DNA from: Azolla caroliniana
Lineage: Eukaryota > Plantae > Polypodiophyta
DNA length: 64,000 nt
Assembly: GCA_043228905.1 (NCBI GenBank)
Contig: JBHGNT010000001.1
Location: forward strand, 26,536,001-26,600,000
Reading direction: 5' to 3'
Shown in pieces: positions 24,400 through 35,395 of the stretch. Below the pieces are notes generated by a model. It was given only the letters and a program-made list of their open reading frames with translations, was not told the origin of the DNA and searched no databases. The position numbers and the translations under genes were made by a program. How positions within the stretch are numbered: position 1 is the stretch's first letter; every line of letters begins with the position of its first letter.

Positions 24400-24421
24400 A
24401 GAGGCGGCAGAAGAGCAGGAT

Positions 24422-26548
24422 ATGAGGGGATCGGATCTGGCAGAGGCCATGGCTTCGGCCGTTGACCGGTTAGTAAACGCACGCGAGGGCTCCGGCGCCC
24501 TCGACAGAGCCATTGAGGCGGTCGTCGGTACAATCGGCCGATTCAGCGGAAAGGATGCCACGAAGTACTTGGCGTCCTACGGTGCAGAGATGCTGATGCG
24601 GGACATTCCGGAAGAAAAGCGTCTTGCCGGATTTCCCCGAGTGGCGATGCCGAGCATCCATGCGGAGGTGCTCGAGGTGCGGGCGGAGAGCCGTACCTGG
24701 GAGGAGTTCGAAGGTCGGCTCCTAGAGAAATACGGGCTGGACGACGTGCTCCGGCTTTCGAAACGAAGCTTCATGGAATGGGTGGAGTCCCCCGGGAAGG
24801 GAAGAAACGCGTCGGCACTCCTCCGGGAGTTTGAGGAAAACTTTGCGCGCCTTTCGACGCTTGACCGAACGATCCTGGATACAAGCCGGGTCCTACTGTT
24901 CGTCAAGTCGGTGGACGAGCGGGATCGGGATCACGTGGGCGCCCTGCTGGAAACCGAAGACGGGCTGACGACCGACTGGGCGGCGGTTAAGAGAGCCTGC
25001 GGCCGTTTCGACAAACGGCGAGAATGGGCGGATAACGGGGCGACCGGGTCGGGCTCAGTCGCAGCAAGGAAGCTTGAACCGGCGCAGCCGGTGCGAAAGG
25101 GAGAGACCCAGGAGTGGCTGGAAACCGGTTCAGCTTCGACCGGCGTGATCAGAGGCTCAACCGGAGGAACTGCGCTGGAGGAATTGACGAGGGCGATAAA
25201 GGACCTCCAAATTGCACAAGCCCGCAGGGAAGGCGGCGAGCCGGCTCGCGACCGACGGCCTGCAGTGGGAAACAGATGCATGTGGTGCGACGAGGTCGGC
25301 CACATTCGGAAGGACTGCGGCGATTTCGCAGAGGCGCTGAGAAACCGGGTGGTGTACCTGTGGGAAGGCCGGGTGCACGCTGGCGACACTAGGAGGGCCC
25401 TGAGCCGAAACGACGGGCGAGGAGGTATGAAGAGACTGATGGAAGAGGCAGCGGCCCGACACGTGGAGGCCATCCACTACTCGGCGTCGGCCGGCATTCG
25501 GGTCGGGGGCAGCGAGGCCCGAAAGGAGAGCAAAGACGGATTCTGGTCAGCAATGTTGGAAGGCCTCGCCGGCGCGCGACTGAGGAAAGATGAAACGGAC
25601 CACGCTAAGAGACGGGTCCGGGAAATAACCGGGTGGAGCGATCCGGTCGAGGAGAAGACGGGCTTCGTAGAAGCCGCTTGCCGGAACTACGAGGCTCTGG
25701 TAGAAGAGAAACGAGTGGGGAAAGCCGGAGCGACCGGGCCCTCACAACGGTACGAGACCCGATTCGGACAACAACGGAACGACGCCGGTGGGCCCGGCTC
25801 GCAAGATAACCCCAGGAAGGGCGGATACCGACTAGGGACGGAAATTGAAAGGACTACGGACCTACGGAAGGTCCTAGAGGAACGGATCCTCGACAGCAAG
25901 GTGGAGCTGTCATTACGGGAGGTGCTAGGGATCGCCAAGAAGGAGTTCCACGACTCCATTGTAGACTTGGTGAAACGGAAGAGACTGTCGACGGAGACGA
26001 AACCGGAAAAACCGGTGGAGGTGCGGACGACGCACATCGACGACTCGGCGCTAGAAGATGAGTGGGCGGAGAGCCACTATTCGAGGCCACACTGGGCCCG
26101 AGCGACCACGGAGACCCCGGTAAAGATCGGAGATGTTCGGGAACCGGTGGTGGCGTTGGTGGACCACGGTTCGGAAATAAACCTAATGTCTATGGACTTC
26201 TATAAGAAGGGGAAGTGGCCGATCAACACCAAGCACGGGTGGAAGATACGGGCGGCGACGCGCGCCACAGAGGAACTGCATGGGGCCTGCCCGAACGTGC
26301 GAGTCAAGATCGGCGACGTCGAGATTGACCAGCACTTCTTCGTACAGGAAACGTCTTCGCACCCGGTCATATTAGGGGAACCATACATCACGGCGGCGCG
26401 AATGGAGACCAAGGTGCTGAATAACGGTTCGGCCTATGCAAGGGTCAAAAGCCAGGACGGGCGCCATTCGGTCCAGTTTCTGACGGTACGGCCGAACCAC
26501 GAACGTAACCACGACTCCCTCGGTTCCGAAAACCGAGAGGATTTTTAG
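24422..26548 (+). CDS. Gag-protease polyprotein (ORF1) of element E
   Basis: Open frame from the ATG after the PBS; capsid-like region; CMWCDEVGHIRKDC knuckle; aspartic protease LVDHGSEINLM..VILGEP; ends GAT TTT TAG. Confidence 0.92.
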   Translation: MRGSDLAEAMASAVDRLVNAREGSGALDRAIEAVVGTIGRFSGKDATKYLASYGAEMLMRDIPEEKRLAGFPRVAMPSIHAEVLEVRAESRTWEEFEGRLLEKYGLDDVLRLSKRSFMEWVESPGKGRNASALLREFEENFARLSTLDRTILDTSRVLLFVKSVDERDRDHVGALLETEDGLTTDWAAVKRACGRFDKRREWADNGATGSGSVAARKLEPAQPVRKGETQEWLETGSASTGVIRGSTGGTALEELTRAIKDLQIAQARREGGEPARDRRPAVGNRCMWCDEVGHIRKDCGDFAEALRNRVVYLWEGRVHAGDTRRALSRNDGRGGMKRLMEEAAARHVEAIHYSASAGIRVGGSEARKESKDGFWSAMLEGLAGARLRKDETDHAKRRVREITGWSDPVEEKTGFVEAACRNYEALVEEKRVGKAGATGPSQRYETRFGQQRNDAGGPGSQDNPRKGGYRLGTEIERTTDLRKVLEERILDSKVELSLREVLGIAKKEFHDSIVDLVKRKRLSTETKPEKPVEVRTTHIDDSALEDEWAESHYSRPHWARATTETPVKIGDVREPVVALVDHGSEINLMSMDFYKKGKWPINTKHGWKIRAATRATEELHGACPNVRVKIGDVEIDQHFFVQETSSHPVILGEPYITAARMETKVLNNGSAYARVKSQDGRHSVQFLTVRPNHERNHDSLGSENREDF

Positions 26549-26604
26549 AGAGGACTGCCAAGGCGTGGGGCCGCGACAGTCCGAATGCTCCGGGAAAACC
26601 CCAC
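26539..26604 (+). promoter_or_regulatory. Predicted -1 ribosomal frameshift signal (GGATTTT plus H-type pseudoknot)
   Basis: Slip heptamer 26539-26545; 6-nt spacer; stem 26552-26559/26575-26582; loop GTGGGG 26565-26570 pairs with CCCCAC 26599-26604; the -1 frame is open into pol. Confidence 0.85.
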
Positions 26605-29600
26605 ATCTGTACGATAAGACCGTGTACAATAGGTAGGAAATTTTGCTTCTCCGACAGCGGAGCATGTACGATAGTCGGCATCGCCGGCCGAGAAAAGACA
26701 AGGGCGGAAGAGCGACTTCGAGCGTGCGGAGTTCTCGGCCCGGACGAGGAAATCAGCGGAGCCGTGGAGGCGGTCTCCTTCGACGACACCTTAGGGATGC
26801 TGAGGAAGGTTGCCGGAGAAGACCTTAACGAAGATCGGACGATACCGGTATGTTCCGAAGAAATGTACGAAGTCATCACGGACTTCAGTCGGGGGCTCGG
26901 GTCGGATCGGACGGCCCGAGTGAGCACAAAGTACAAGACTGTGGACCGGAAGGTAAGGCCAGTCGCGGCACCCTTACCGGAGGGCAGCGAGTCCCGGATC
27001 AGAGGGGTTGCGTCAGACCCCAGTTTACGAGATCCGGCCCGCATAGGACACACCTTCACCAACGAGACGCTCCGGGAGCTCAAAATCGGTGGGGGCGGGT
27101 TCCTACTACCGGCGGAGGAAGACCGGTTTCGGAGAATGCTCGGAAGGCACGGGAAAGACTTCGCATTCTCACCGGAGGAAATCGGGTGCGTAGACCCGAC
27201 GATCGTAGAGCCGATGGTGATATTCACGGTACCGCATGTACCGTGGAATCTCAAGCCAATTCCGGTTCCGAGAGCTCACATCCCGAAGTTGATGGAGCTG
27301 TTGAAGCAGAAAGTTGATATGGGCATTCTCGAGCCGTCGAGCGCCCCGTATTCAAACCGATGGTTTACCGTACCAAAGAAAAACGGATCATTGCGCTTCA
27401 TTCAGGACCTGCAACCGGTCAATAGGGTGACCATTCGGAACGCAGGGATCGGACCGACCATAGACGAGTTCGCGGAGGCCTTCGCCGGAAGGTCGATTTA
27501 CTCGGTCGGTGATCTATACTCAGGGTACGACCAGTTCCAGCTAGCCGTGGAGAGCAGTGACATCACGACGATGCGAACTCCCCTCGGCCTAGTGCGGATG
27601 TGTACGCTGCCGCAAGGAGGGACCAACTCGGTGGCCCACATGGTGAATGCAATGAACAAGGTTCTGAGGGACTGCATCCCGGACATCACCATGCCGTTTC
27701 TGGATGACATCCCGATCAAGGGATGCCCGGTAGCAGAGAAGGACAAGACGATCGGGCCGGACGGATGCCGGCGATTCGTGGCTACACACATCGACGACTG
27801 CGAGAAGGTGCTGCAAAGGCTAGAGGATGCGAGGCTCACCTTCTCGGGGGAGAAATCAGCCTTCGGGCAGTCGGAAATCATGGTGGTCGGACACTTATGT
27901 GGGCCATATGGCCGGAAACCATCTCCGGCAAAGGTAGAAGCCATCTCCGCGATGAAGCCCGACTGCAGCTCGGTCACGGAAGGTGCTGCAAAGGCTAGAG
28001 GATGCGAGGCTCACCTTCTCGGGGAGAAATCAGCCTTCGGGCAGTCGGAAATCATGGTGGTCGGACACTTATGTGGGCCATATGGCCGGAAACCATCTCC
28101 GGCAAAGGTAGAAGCCATCTCCGCGATGAAGCCCGACTGCAGCTCGGTCACGGAAGTACGAAGATTCTTGGGAGCATGCGCGTTCTACCACATATGGATC
28201 CCGCATTACGCACACGTCGCGGAGCCGCTGTACGGGTTGCTGAAGAAAGGGCGAAGGTTCGAATGGCTTGACGAGCACACGGCGTCGGTCCGGAAGCTGA
28301 AGGAGGCTCTTTTGGCAGCACCGGCGCTCCGGAAGGCCGTCTACAAGAAGGGCACCCCAGTATACATAACGGTTGACACGAGTCCGACCGGAATCGGGTG
28401 GGTCGTCAACCAACAAGACGAGGACGGCAATCGGTTTCCGATCCGATTCGGCGCGAAAGTCCTCAGTGAGCGGCAGCGAGGATACGCCCAGGTTAAACGC
28501 GAACTCTGGGGTATCGTTTCGGCGGTAAAGGCCGACAAAGACTATCTGATCGGGACAGAAGTGATTATCGAGACGGATTGCCTGCCAATTCTCGGCATGG
28601 TTTCCGGATGCGCGACGTTGGACCTGGCAATGCTCAGGTGGATAGCGTACATCAAGTCCCTGGACCCGGAAATACGACACATTTTCGGGAAAGACAACGC
28701 CATGGCCGACATGCTTTCGAGGGCGAGGTTCGATGACGAGGGCGGCATGGTGTCGGAGGACGAAGAGGTCGGCGTGGACTTCTTTGAGGCAGCATACGTA
28801 ACAACAGACGGGACGAGCACTCCGGCGCTTAACGACTTCAACGCGAGCAAGTACGACGGGGAGTGGCTGCGGATCGGCGGGTTCTTGAGGACAATGGCGC
28901 CGGATGCGTCATGGACGAAAGACGAGGCCAACCGGATCCGGAAGAAAGCGTACCGCTTCTTTCTCCGAGATGGCTATCTATGGAAACACCCGAAGAAGAG
29001 GAGCGGCGTCCCGCTCCGGGTGGTGGCGACGAAGGAGGAACAGGAGGAGCTGCTGGCGGCCTACCACGACAGCCCTTGGGCTGGACACCGTGGAACGTGG
29101 GCCACATTCGAGAAACTCAAGGGGAAGTATTGGTGGCCGGGATTGTACCGGGACGTGCGTCGGTTCGTGACGACTTGCGAAAATTGTCAGATGCACTCCG
29201 TAGTCCGACACCGGGACGAGCTTCACCCTACGTACCCTCCGACCATCCACTTCAAATGGATGGTAGATCTGGTAACGATGCCAATGGGGGTAGGACAGAT
29301 GCGGTATCTGGTCCTAGCACGGGAGGATCTAACGAACCAGGTGGAAGGCCGAGCCCTTCAGAACAAAACGACCGCGGCCGTATGTCGATTCCTAATCGAG
29401 GACGTGATATGCCGGTACGGGTGCGTCGGAAAGATCGTGGCTGACCGAGGGGAGTTGGACGCCGAAGAAGCTGCGGAGCTGTTCGACCGGCTGGGAGTCA
29501 AGCTCTCGCTCACCACTGCGTACAATCCGGAGGCGAATGGAAAGGTGGAGCGCGGACACGGGCCGATCGTTAAGGCGCTGGTTCGGGCATGCGGAGGCCA

Positions 29601-30182
29601 AGTCGGTAACTGGCCGCGGCTGCTACCTTATGCTTTGTGGGCAGACCGGACTACGCACAGTTCGGTAACCGGGTACATGCCGACGGAGCTCATGTTCGGC
29701 CAGAAACCGATCATGCCGATGGAACGGACGATCTCCTCATGGGCAACGGTCGGCTGGAGGGACGAGATGAGCCGGGAGGAGTTGTTGGCCGCGCGTATAC
29801 GACAACTCGAGCGGAGACCGGAGGACGTGGAGCTGGCTGCGGAGAAGCTCCGGGTGGCGAGGACAAAGAACAAAGCCAGGTTCGACCGAAGAAGATCGAG
29901 GAAGGTGATTGGGTGCTCGTCTACGACAGCAGCCTCAACAACCAGCACCGGGCTACACGGAAGTTCGCGCGGAGATGGTTTGGGTCGTACGCGGTACAAA
30001 GCGCCAACGACAACGGGACGTATCACCTGGTGGAACTCAACGGCACGAGAATGGCGATACCTGTGGCTGGAAAGAGGATCAAAGCCTTCAAGAAGCGACA
30101 CGACGACGAGCCAGACCCGGTTCTCCTAGACAGCAGCGACGACCGATCCGAGACCGAGGAAGGACCGATGGGCGAAGAGTGA
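26545..30182 (+). pseudogene. Pol (RT-RNase H-integrase) of element E in the -1 frame; carries a 174-bp duplication and a frameshifting deletion near 29890
   Basis: LPQG..FLDD RT; DTS..E..D..D RNase H; HHCC; D-D-E; RRWFGSY (GPY/F module, shifted into ORF 29637-30182). Confidence 0.92.
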
Positions 30183-33100
30183 AGGCGGGCCGGTTTTCTC
30201 CGTCCCAACTTAATTTGGCGCATGCCGGTGGATGCGCGGCTAGGTGGGGGCGGATGTCGTGAAGAAAACCGTCCAAGGGTGGAATTGGGGCACCGAGGCG
30301 TGGGAACCGGCTCTTCACGCACGTGCGCGCCAAGTTGTACATAGAGGCGAATTAGGTACCTAGGAGGATCGAAGTGGTTAGATACGGTAGGTAGGAATTT
30401 AATGCCGAACGGCTCCTTCTTGACGGATAAAAAGGAGGAGGACGGGGAAGAACGGGGGACAGCGCAGAGAGGACGAAGTGCTGTCGGACCGATTCTGGAC
30501 GCTTCGCTCTCTGTTCTCCTTCTTTTCCTCCATAGCTTTTCCTGTCCAGGGTTTTCGAGGAGGCTCGCGATGTTGCAAGGAACGCCCGAGTGCTTCCGGT
30601 AGCACCTCCGACCTGCTCCCTTTTGTGCGACGCAGCGAACAGGCATCGGCATCTGTTCGCCGGCCTGTTCAGTTGTAACCATCCTGTGCCCCATCGCGGG
30701 TTGTAGCTTCTTGCTCATATATATACATTTATATTCATTTGTTTGCGTCTACCTGTGTCGGCGTCTGTTCGCGTTCTCTGTGTTGAAGGGCCGTGTCCCT
30801 GTGTATCCCCGGTCCCGCGTAACCGGTCCTCTCTCTTTCTCCACCCTCGCTTGCTCTTCGGTTCAAGACCCCCGCGGTCCCGCCTCGTTTCTATACGCAC
30901 TAGCGTAATATCACGACAGCGCGAAGGCACAGGCGCCCTCGACAGGGCTATTGAAGCAATCATCAGCACGGTAGGCCGGTTCGATGGGAAGGACGCCACG
31001 AGCTATTTGGAGACTTACCGAGCCAACATGGTGATGAGGAACAGGAACATCCCGGAGGACAGGCGACTGGCCGGATTCCCTCAGGTGGCAATGTCGGGCA
31101 TCCACGCGGAGGTGCTTGAGGTATGGGCTGAGAGTCGGACCTGGGAAGAATTTGAAGGTCGGCTCCTTGAAAAATACGGGCTTGATGACGCGCTTCGGCT
31201 ATCGAAGCGGGACTTCATGGAATGGGTGGAGACCCCCGAGAAGGGGAGAAATGCGCCGGTGCTCCTTCGGGAATTTGAAGAACGCTTCGCGCATCTTTCG
31301 GCGTTGGACCGGACCGTACTGGACACAAGTCGTGTCCTATTGTTCGTTAAATCGGTGGACGTAAGGAACTGGGAGCAAGTGGGCTTCCTGCTGGAGACCG
31401 ATGACGGCCTAGCAACCGACTGGGCCGTGGTAAAGAGAGTCTGTGGCCGATTTAACAAACAGCGTGAGTGGCTCGATAAAGGCTTGACGGGGGCGGGTTC
31501 TGTTGCGACAAGGAAGGTCCAGGTACCCCCACCAGCGCGAAGGGAAGAGACCCGAGACTGGCTTGAGACCGGCTCGACTTCGACCAGCATGGTCAAAGGC
31601 TCGTCCGGAGGAGCGGCTCTGGAGGAGCTGACTCAGATGGTGAGGGACCTCCAGATTGCACAAGCACGGAGGGATGGCGGCGAACAAGTCCGTGACCGGA
31701 GGCCTCCGGCTGGGAAATGGTGCTTGTGATGTGACGCGGTTGGCCACACCCGTAAGGACTAACGTGGTGTACCTATGGAATGATCGGGTGCACGCTAGCG
31801 AGACCCGAAGGGCCCTGGATCTGAATGTCGGACGAGTGGGTATGAAACGACTGATGGAAGAAGCGACGGCTAGCCACGCGGAGACCGTCCACTACTTGAC
31901 GTCGGCTGGAATCCGGGTCGGAAGTGATGAAGTCCGGAAAACGAAAGACTCTGGGTTCAGGCCCTTGATGTTGGAAAGCCTAGCCGGCGTACGGTTAAGG
32001 AAAGAGGAAGTGGACCGCGCGGAAAGACGGGTCCGGGAGGTAACCGGGTGCAGTGACCCGGTCGAAGAGAAGACGGGCTTCGTGGATGCCGCTTGCCAGA
32101 ACTACGAGGTTCTACTGGAAGACAATCGCACGGGAAAGACCGGGGGGGGGGGGGACCCTCCCAATGGTATGAGACCCGGTTTGGGCCGATGCAGAATGAT
32201 GTCGGTGCATCCGGCGCACCTGACAAGGCCAAGAAGGTCGGTTATCAGTTGAGCACAAAGATCGAAAGGACCACGGACCTACGAAAGGTCCTAGAGGAAC
32301 GGATCCTCGATAGCAAAGTGGAGTTGTCGCTGAGGGAAGTGCTCGGTATCGCCAAGAAGGACTTCCATGACTCCATCGTAGACTTGGTGAAGCGGAAAAG
32401 GCTTTTGAGGGAGTCAGAGCCGTAGAAGCCGGTGGAGGTGCGAACGACGCACCTAGAAGACATGGCCCTAGAGGAAGATTTGGCGGAAAGCCACTATTCG
32501 AGCCTACACTGGGCTGGGGCCACTACGGAAACCCCTGTTCGGATTGGGGACGTCCATGAGCCGGTGGTGGTGTTGGTAGACCACGGTTCGGAGATCAACT
32601 TGATGTCCATGGACTTCTACAAGAAGGGAAAGTGGCCGATCAACACCAAGCACAGGTGGAAAATACGGGCAGCAACGCGCACCATAGAAGAGCTGCATGG
32701 AGCCTGCCCGAATGTACGAGTGAAAATCGGCGATGTCGAGATCGATCAGCACTTCTTTGTGCAGGAGACGTCCTCGCATTCGGTTATACTTGGGGAACCG
32801 TACATCATAGCGGCACGGATGGAGACAAAGGTGTTGGACAACGGTTCGGCATATGCACGAGTCAAGAGCCAAGATGGGCGTCACTCGATCCAGTTCCTGA
32901 CGGTGCGACCGAACCATGAGCGTAACCGCGACACCCTCAGTGGCGAAAACCGAGGGGATTTTTAGAGAGGGCTATCAAGGCGTGGGACCGCGATAGTCCG
33001 GACACCCCAGAAAAACCCCACAGATGTACTACAGGCAAGAAGACATGTACCATAGGTAGGAAATTTTGGTTCTTCGATAGCAGAGGTTGTACGATAGCCA

Positions 33101-35194
33101 ACGTAGTTGGCCGGGAAAAGAAGCGGGTGGAGGAGCGACTTCGGGCATGCAGAGTCCTCGGCCCTGAAGAGGAAATCAACGGAGCCGTGGAGGCGGTCTC
33201 TTTTGACAACACCTTAGGGAAGTTATGGGAGGTGTTCGGAGAAGGCCTTAATGAGGACTAGACGATTCCGGTAAGTTCAGAAAAGATGTACGAAGGCATC
33301 ACCGACTTCGGTAATGGACTCGAGTCGGATTGGACGGCCCGAGTGGATACGAAGTACAAGACTCTGGACCGGAAGGTGAGGCCAGTCGCGACACCCTTGC
33401 TGGAGGGCAGCGAGTTATGGATAAAGGGGGTCGCGTCGGACCCAAGTTTACGAGATCCGGCCAGCATAGGACACACGTTCACCGACATAACACTACAAGA
33501 GCTCAAGATCGGTGCGGGTGACTTTCTACAGCCGGCGGAAGAGAACCGGATTCGAAGAATGCTCGGGAGGCAAGGGAAGGCTTTCGCATTCACACCGGAG
33601 GAGATCGGGTGCGTAGACCCGACGGTTGTGGAACCAGTGGTGATCTTCACAGTACCGCATGTGCCGTGGAATCTCAAACCGATTCCAGTACCTAGAGCTC
33701 ACATCCCGAAGTTGATGGACCTGCTGTAACAGAAGGTGGAGATGGGCATCCTCGAACCATCGATTGCCCCATACTTGAATCAGTGGTTTACTGTTGTCGC
33801 GTTGTTACGCGCGTGCGTGGAGAACGAGGCGGGACCACCGGGGCCTTGTACCGAGAAATAGCTGAGAAGGAGGAGAACGGAAAGGCAACAGACACACTTG
33901 CACACGCACTGACACGGGAGCACACAGGAATCACAGTCCAACAACACAACAAACAAGACGACTCGAAGTCCGAGTATATGATCATGTATGTATATATCAA
34001 GACTGTTACAACTAACAGGCAGGCAAGGCGGACACCGACGCCTGCTCACACACCCACATAGAAGAGCGAGATGGAGTCTCTGCCGGAAGCACACGGGCGT
34101 TCCGCGGAGCAGAGTCAGCCTCCCGAAAGCCTGCGCAAAAATGGCTATGGAGAGTGGTAGAGAAGAAGGGCCGGTCCTAGTCCGGCAGCACCTCTTCCTC
34201 TCTAACGCGCGTTCCTTTCTCATTCCTCTCCCTCTCTTTTATAGCCCAAGGAGGGAGGCCGTTATCACCCGTTACATCATATTACTTCTCTGTCCTTTTG
34301 GACAGAGATACAATTCGATTCTCTCACTATTGAATGCGTGCTACCTAGGATTTCACCTCAACCGACTTGTACCTACCTACTTACTATACAACGAAAAGTG
34401 TGCTCGCGTGCAAGGGCCGGTTTACACATGCTAAACTCGGTTTCCGCCTAGGGACGGTTTTCTTCACGACATCCGCCCCCACCTAACCGCACATCCACCG
34501 GTATGCGCCAAAATTGGGCTCCTGCTGGAGAAAACCGGTCCATGCTTTACTCCTCGTCTTCCGGTTCGTCATCCGCCTTAAACCGCCCTTCATCGTCGTC
34601 CAAGCTTCCCAGATCCGGCTCGTACTCGTGTCGTTTCTTAAACTCTTTGACCCTCTTCCCCGCTACCGGTATTGCCATCCTCGTACCGTCAAGCTCCACA
34701 AGATGGTAGGTCCCGTTGTCGTTGGTGCTTGTCACCACGTTGTCGTGAAGATTTTCGGCAATAGTGTGAAAATCCTATAAAACGTACGAAATCGAGTATG
34801 AATCACGTTGTCGTGAAGATTTTCGGCAATAGTGTGAAAATCCTATAAAACGTACGAAATCGAGTATGAATCACGTAGTACAATAATTGTGAAGATAACA
34901 TTTTAAATAGATTTAATATCTAAGTACAAAATGATGGAGGTTTCGAATGCACTTTATTACACGAGAAATGGACAACTAAATGTCAAGATATGAGGGTATA
35001 AAGTTTGTAAAAGGAAAGGAGAAAATTGTGAGATATCCCACATAGGAACGACAAATACAACTCTCATCATATATAAGGTGAAGCAAAAGATATTATCGTT
35101 GTGTCTATGTGTGGAGCATAGAGAGTTCAAGGTAACTTGAACTAAGAGTGGAGGTGGGCTAGCTACTCGTAAAGGGTTTTGGCCAACCAAAACC

Positions 35195-35395
35195 GGACCG
35201 GCGATGGAGCCGGTGATCCGACGGCAATCCGGCGGCAATCCGGCGACGGTGATCCAACGGCATCCGGTATCCGGCGACGGCATCCGGCGGCGGCACCGGT
35301 AACCGACGGCATCCGGCGATGCATCGATATCCGGCGACGCACCGGTAACCAACGGCATCCGGCGACGGTATCCGGTGAACCGGCGTCTGGCGACT
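35195..35395. repeat. GC-rich minisatellite (ccggcgacggcat variants) in the G 5' LTR; shorter version at ~42245-42367
   Basis: Directly visible; accounts for most of the 74-bp LTR length difference. Confidence 0.85.

Larger units (their letters stand above)
23714..30918 (+). mobile_element. Element E: full-length, nearly intact Trp-primed Gypsy (Ylt1-like, no chromodomain), TSD GCGC
   Basis: LTRs 23714-24378 and 30255-30918 (~10 substitutions plus 1 indel). PBS 24382-24399; G-rich PPT 30238-30254; gcgc at 23710-23713 and 30919-30922. Confidence 0.97.
22942..33794 (+). mobile_element. Element D: Trp-primed Gypsy (5' LTR, PBS, gag-PR, start of pol), hosts E, truncated by F
   Basis: LTR 22942-23606; PBS 23611-23628; gag ATG 23651 interrupted at 23713 and resuming in frame at 30923; PR LVDHGSEIN; slip site 32956-32962; RT N-terminus to 33794. 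Confidence 0.92.

Noticed and set aside
24203-24421. N-terminal extensions of ORFs 24203-26548, 30743-31729 and 10327-12345
   Set aside because: They start inside LTRs at non-ATG codons. The real starts follow the PBS (24422, 23651, 10381).
26445-27254. Recurrent antisense ORFs (e.g. 26445-27254, 51568-52146, 36302-36952)
   Set aside because: These are shadows of GC-rich pol or gag codon usage. Starts and lengths are not conserved among copies.
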